Origin: Deltaproteobacteria bacterium
GTDB lineage: Bacteria; Myxococcota_A; Polyangia; JAAYKL01
Assembly (NCBI GenBank): GCA_016937015.1
Contig: JAFGWT010000327.1
Location: forward strand, 4,911 to 68,910
DNA: 64,000 bases
Reading direction: 5' to 3'
Below the pieces are notes generated by a model, which did no database searches, was not told the DNA's origin, and was given only the letters and a program-made list of their open reading frames with translations. Both the position numbers and the translations under genes were made by a program. Of this stretch, positions 62,043 to 64,000 are shown piece by piece (the first letter of the stretch is position 1; every line of letters starts with the position of its first letter).

Positions 62043-62843
62043 TTATCGATTGTCAGCTTCCGTAGTGAAAGAAGCGGCTGGCAGTCCTTCCTCATTATAA
62101 AGGCTGAATATCGGGTTATCTCCCCATGCGTATCGGACCTTCGTCGGATTCGGTACGTTGGCATCTGATACCACAACCATGTCACCGCGTATCTCTGCGC
62201 GGCCCCATTTCCATACACCGGAAGCATCAGCAATCGCGAAACCGGAGAGGGTCTGGCCATCAAATGATTTCAGCCCGCCACCAACATGGTCAAAGTAAAG
62301 TGTTACTTCGTAGCCGTTGATGGAACTGCTTCGATACAGAGGACCGGAGTAAACAACATCTGACTCCCCATATAACAGCGCTCTCGCTGGCAAAGAAAGT
62401 CTTCTTCCAGCTTCAGGTTTGTTGGGAAAATGCCAGTCGTCGGCAATCCCGATATCCATGTTCACACTCATGGCTGTATTCGTTAACGCCAGCGCCTGCC
62501 GCTATCCTTCGCGCACCATCGCCACGTAACTAGTATTGTTTGGATCGGTCTGCAAATCATGGATATTGGAAAGCTGTCCAAAATAAAACGGAAACTCTCC
62601 CTGTCCCCAGATATTTCGCCAGCCATTGATAAGAAGGCCAAAGACATTTCCATACCCTGCCGCGTCGGTGGCATTGCAGTTGTTTTCCCCCTGTATCCAG
62701 ATCGTTCCGCGAATGCCATACCCCACAACAGGTGACACCCATTCATTCCACATGGTGCCAATGTCGTCAGTGGCAATCTGTCTGTTTAACAGCGTCAACC
62801 CGCCTCGAAAACCACGTTGAATGGGCGAAGTGGATGAATTCAT
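62043..62843 (-). pseudogene. Sialate O-acetylesterase-family (SGNH) fragment with in-frame TAG
   Basis: GIRGTIWIQGENN, WGQGEFPFYFGQL, VREG*RQALAL, WHFPNK, VRYAWGDNP..SLYNEEGLPAASF. TAG at 62502..62504; the N-terminal GQSN motif is absent. Confidence 0.85.
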
Positions 62844-62879
62844 CCGCCTCGGACTCCCCCTTTTATCAGATGACGGGCA

Positions 62880-63998
62880 TCACTTTGCAATGAGCAACGC
62901 ATTCGCGTGATATGTCACTTTTGAAGTGTTGGAATAGTTGACCAGAACGTGGGTATTTAACCTCACCTGAGCCGATAGCGTTCCAGCCGGTGGCACAATG
63001 TCGCTTAACTGGTGCATTATCCAGCTATCCGTTTCAAGGGATGTCGCTGTTTGATGCATACCGTCATCCAACGCTTCCTGGCAATCCCCATCTCCAAAAA
63101 ACTGAAGGCTGATGGACGCGCCGACATCTTCGGTTGCGTCAATAATATAAGCTTGAGAGTATAAGGAATACATCTCATCTTCAGAGGCCGGGACACATTG
63201 TGTGACACCGGAAAACTCAATTTCCGACTCAAAAAACCGATAGTATGTCACCTGCAGGGAATGCCTGTCGCCCACGTCATCGTGCGCCCATGCAGACGCT
63301 TGAGGGTCGGGTTGCCATGGGAACGCAAACCATTTGAATTGTCCGTTGGTCAATAAATTTTGTTGGCAGTCCGCGATTGAATCCTCGTTGATGTCGATTC
63401 CAGCGTCCTCACCAGGACAGGGTTCCCCGTCCTCAATCAACAATACGTTGTCATACTGAACAACGCCTGGCGAAAAACTGTCGTGTTCCACATTCGACAG
63501 AAAAAGCAGGAGGGACGCTGCGCCAGGTGGGTCCATTCGATTTTGCAGGCTGAATGTTTCCCAACTGCCCTCTATTACATCGGAGATGTTATACACAATG
63601 GATGCCTGATCAAAACCAATGCCCTCGGTACAGTCCGGGTCGGTATAGTATGTCAGCCTTATCCCCGGAAACTGATCCCCTTCCTGATTTGGCGGAATAT
63701 AGTATTGAACCCAAAAGCTGTGAGACGAGTCGTTGATGGGCACACATTGCATCGTGTAGTTGACGAGGCTGCCGTTCGATCTGGCATTAAGCGAGGTAAG
63801 CAACGATCCGCTTTGGGTATTCTCATTTGCATCGTCAGAACTATACTCAATAACTAATTCAGAGGTGGGTTCCCACCCATCAATATTCGACGAAAACTGA
63901 CCGTTGACCACCAGTGTTTCTTTGCAATCAGCAATACCGTTGCCGTTGAGGTCGACCGTTTGGTCGCAGTATTCATCCGTTGCCGCCTTTTCTGTCCC
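62880..63998 (-). CDS. Extracellular protein with tandem Cys-containing beta-sandwich (CBM-like) modules, 5' end outside window
   Basis: Frame is open to the window edge; two modules beginning DLNGNGIADCKETLVVNGQF and DINEDSIADCQQNLLTNGQF, each containing QCVP and D.DC. Confidence 0.75.
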   Translation of the reverse strand, partial: GTEKAATDEYCDQTVDLNGNGIADCKETLVVNGQFSSNIDGWEPTSELVIEYSSDDANENTQSGSLLTSLNARSNGSLVNYTMQCVPINDSSHSFWVQYYIPPNQEGDQFPGIRLTYYTDPDCTEGIGFDQASIVYNISDVIEGSWETFSLQNRMDPPGAASLLLFLSNVEHDSFSPGVVQYDNVLLIEDGEPCPGEDAGIDINEDSIADCQQNLLTNGQFKWFAFPWQPDPQASAWAHDDVGDRHSLQVTYYRFFESEIEFSGVTQCVPASEDEMYSLYSQAYIIDATEDVGASISLQFFGDGDCQEALDDGMHQTATSLETDSWIMHQLSDIVPPAGTLSAQVRLNTHVLVNYSNTSKVTYHANALLIAK

Positions 63999-64000
63999 CG

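Noticed and set aside
62502-62504. Pyrrolysine or stop-codon readthrough at the in-frame TAG
   Set aside because: The gene also lacks its catalytic N-terminus, the position fits Gln (CAG), and TAG ends intact genes elsewhere in the window (e.g. corA).

Overview
A gene-dense, roughly mid-GC bacterial window that looks like Myxococcota/deltaproteobacterial DNA (MYXO-CTERM-like tails, Asp-Ser-rich lipoproteins, many hybrid kinases). Housekeeping content: pepD (5' cut off), split class I fumarase, corA, tamAB, a Ycf46-type AAA ATPase, a SWIM-SNF2 helicase and argG. Accessory content: a GH74-like lipoprotein, a frameshifted beta-helix protein, a TonB-dependent receptor with several binding proteins but no permease, an orphan shortened FlhA/SctV, and several two-component genes. 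The most striking feature is 3348..5123(-): a radical SAM/SPASM enzyme with splicease-like (tyramine-excision) motifs, fused through an internal lipobox to an acidic tail carrying nine X-Y-G-x-P motifs. It looks like an enzyme carrying its own multivalent substrate. The second highlight is a translationally coupled GH3 acyl-amido-synthetase-like gene plus a single-module highly reducing PKS (KS-AT-DH-cMT-ER-KR-ACP-TE) behind a sigma-54-like promoter. A 30-bp hairpin tandem array and a REP-like element are also present. No rRNA, tRNA, CRISPR array or transposase was recognised. All family calls come from motif recognition by eye; no searches were run.
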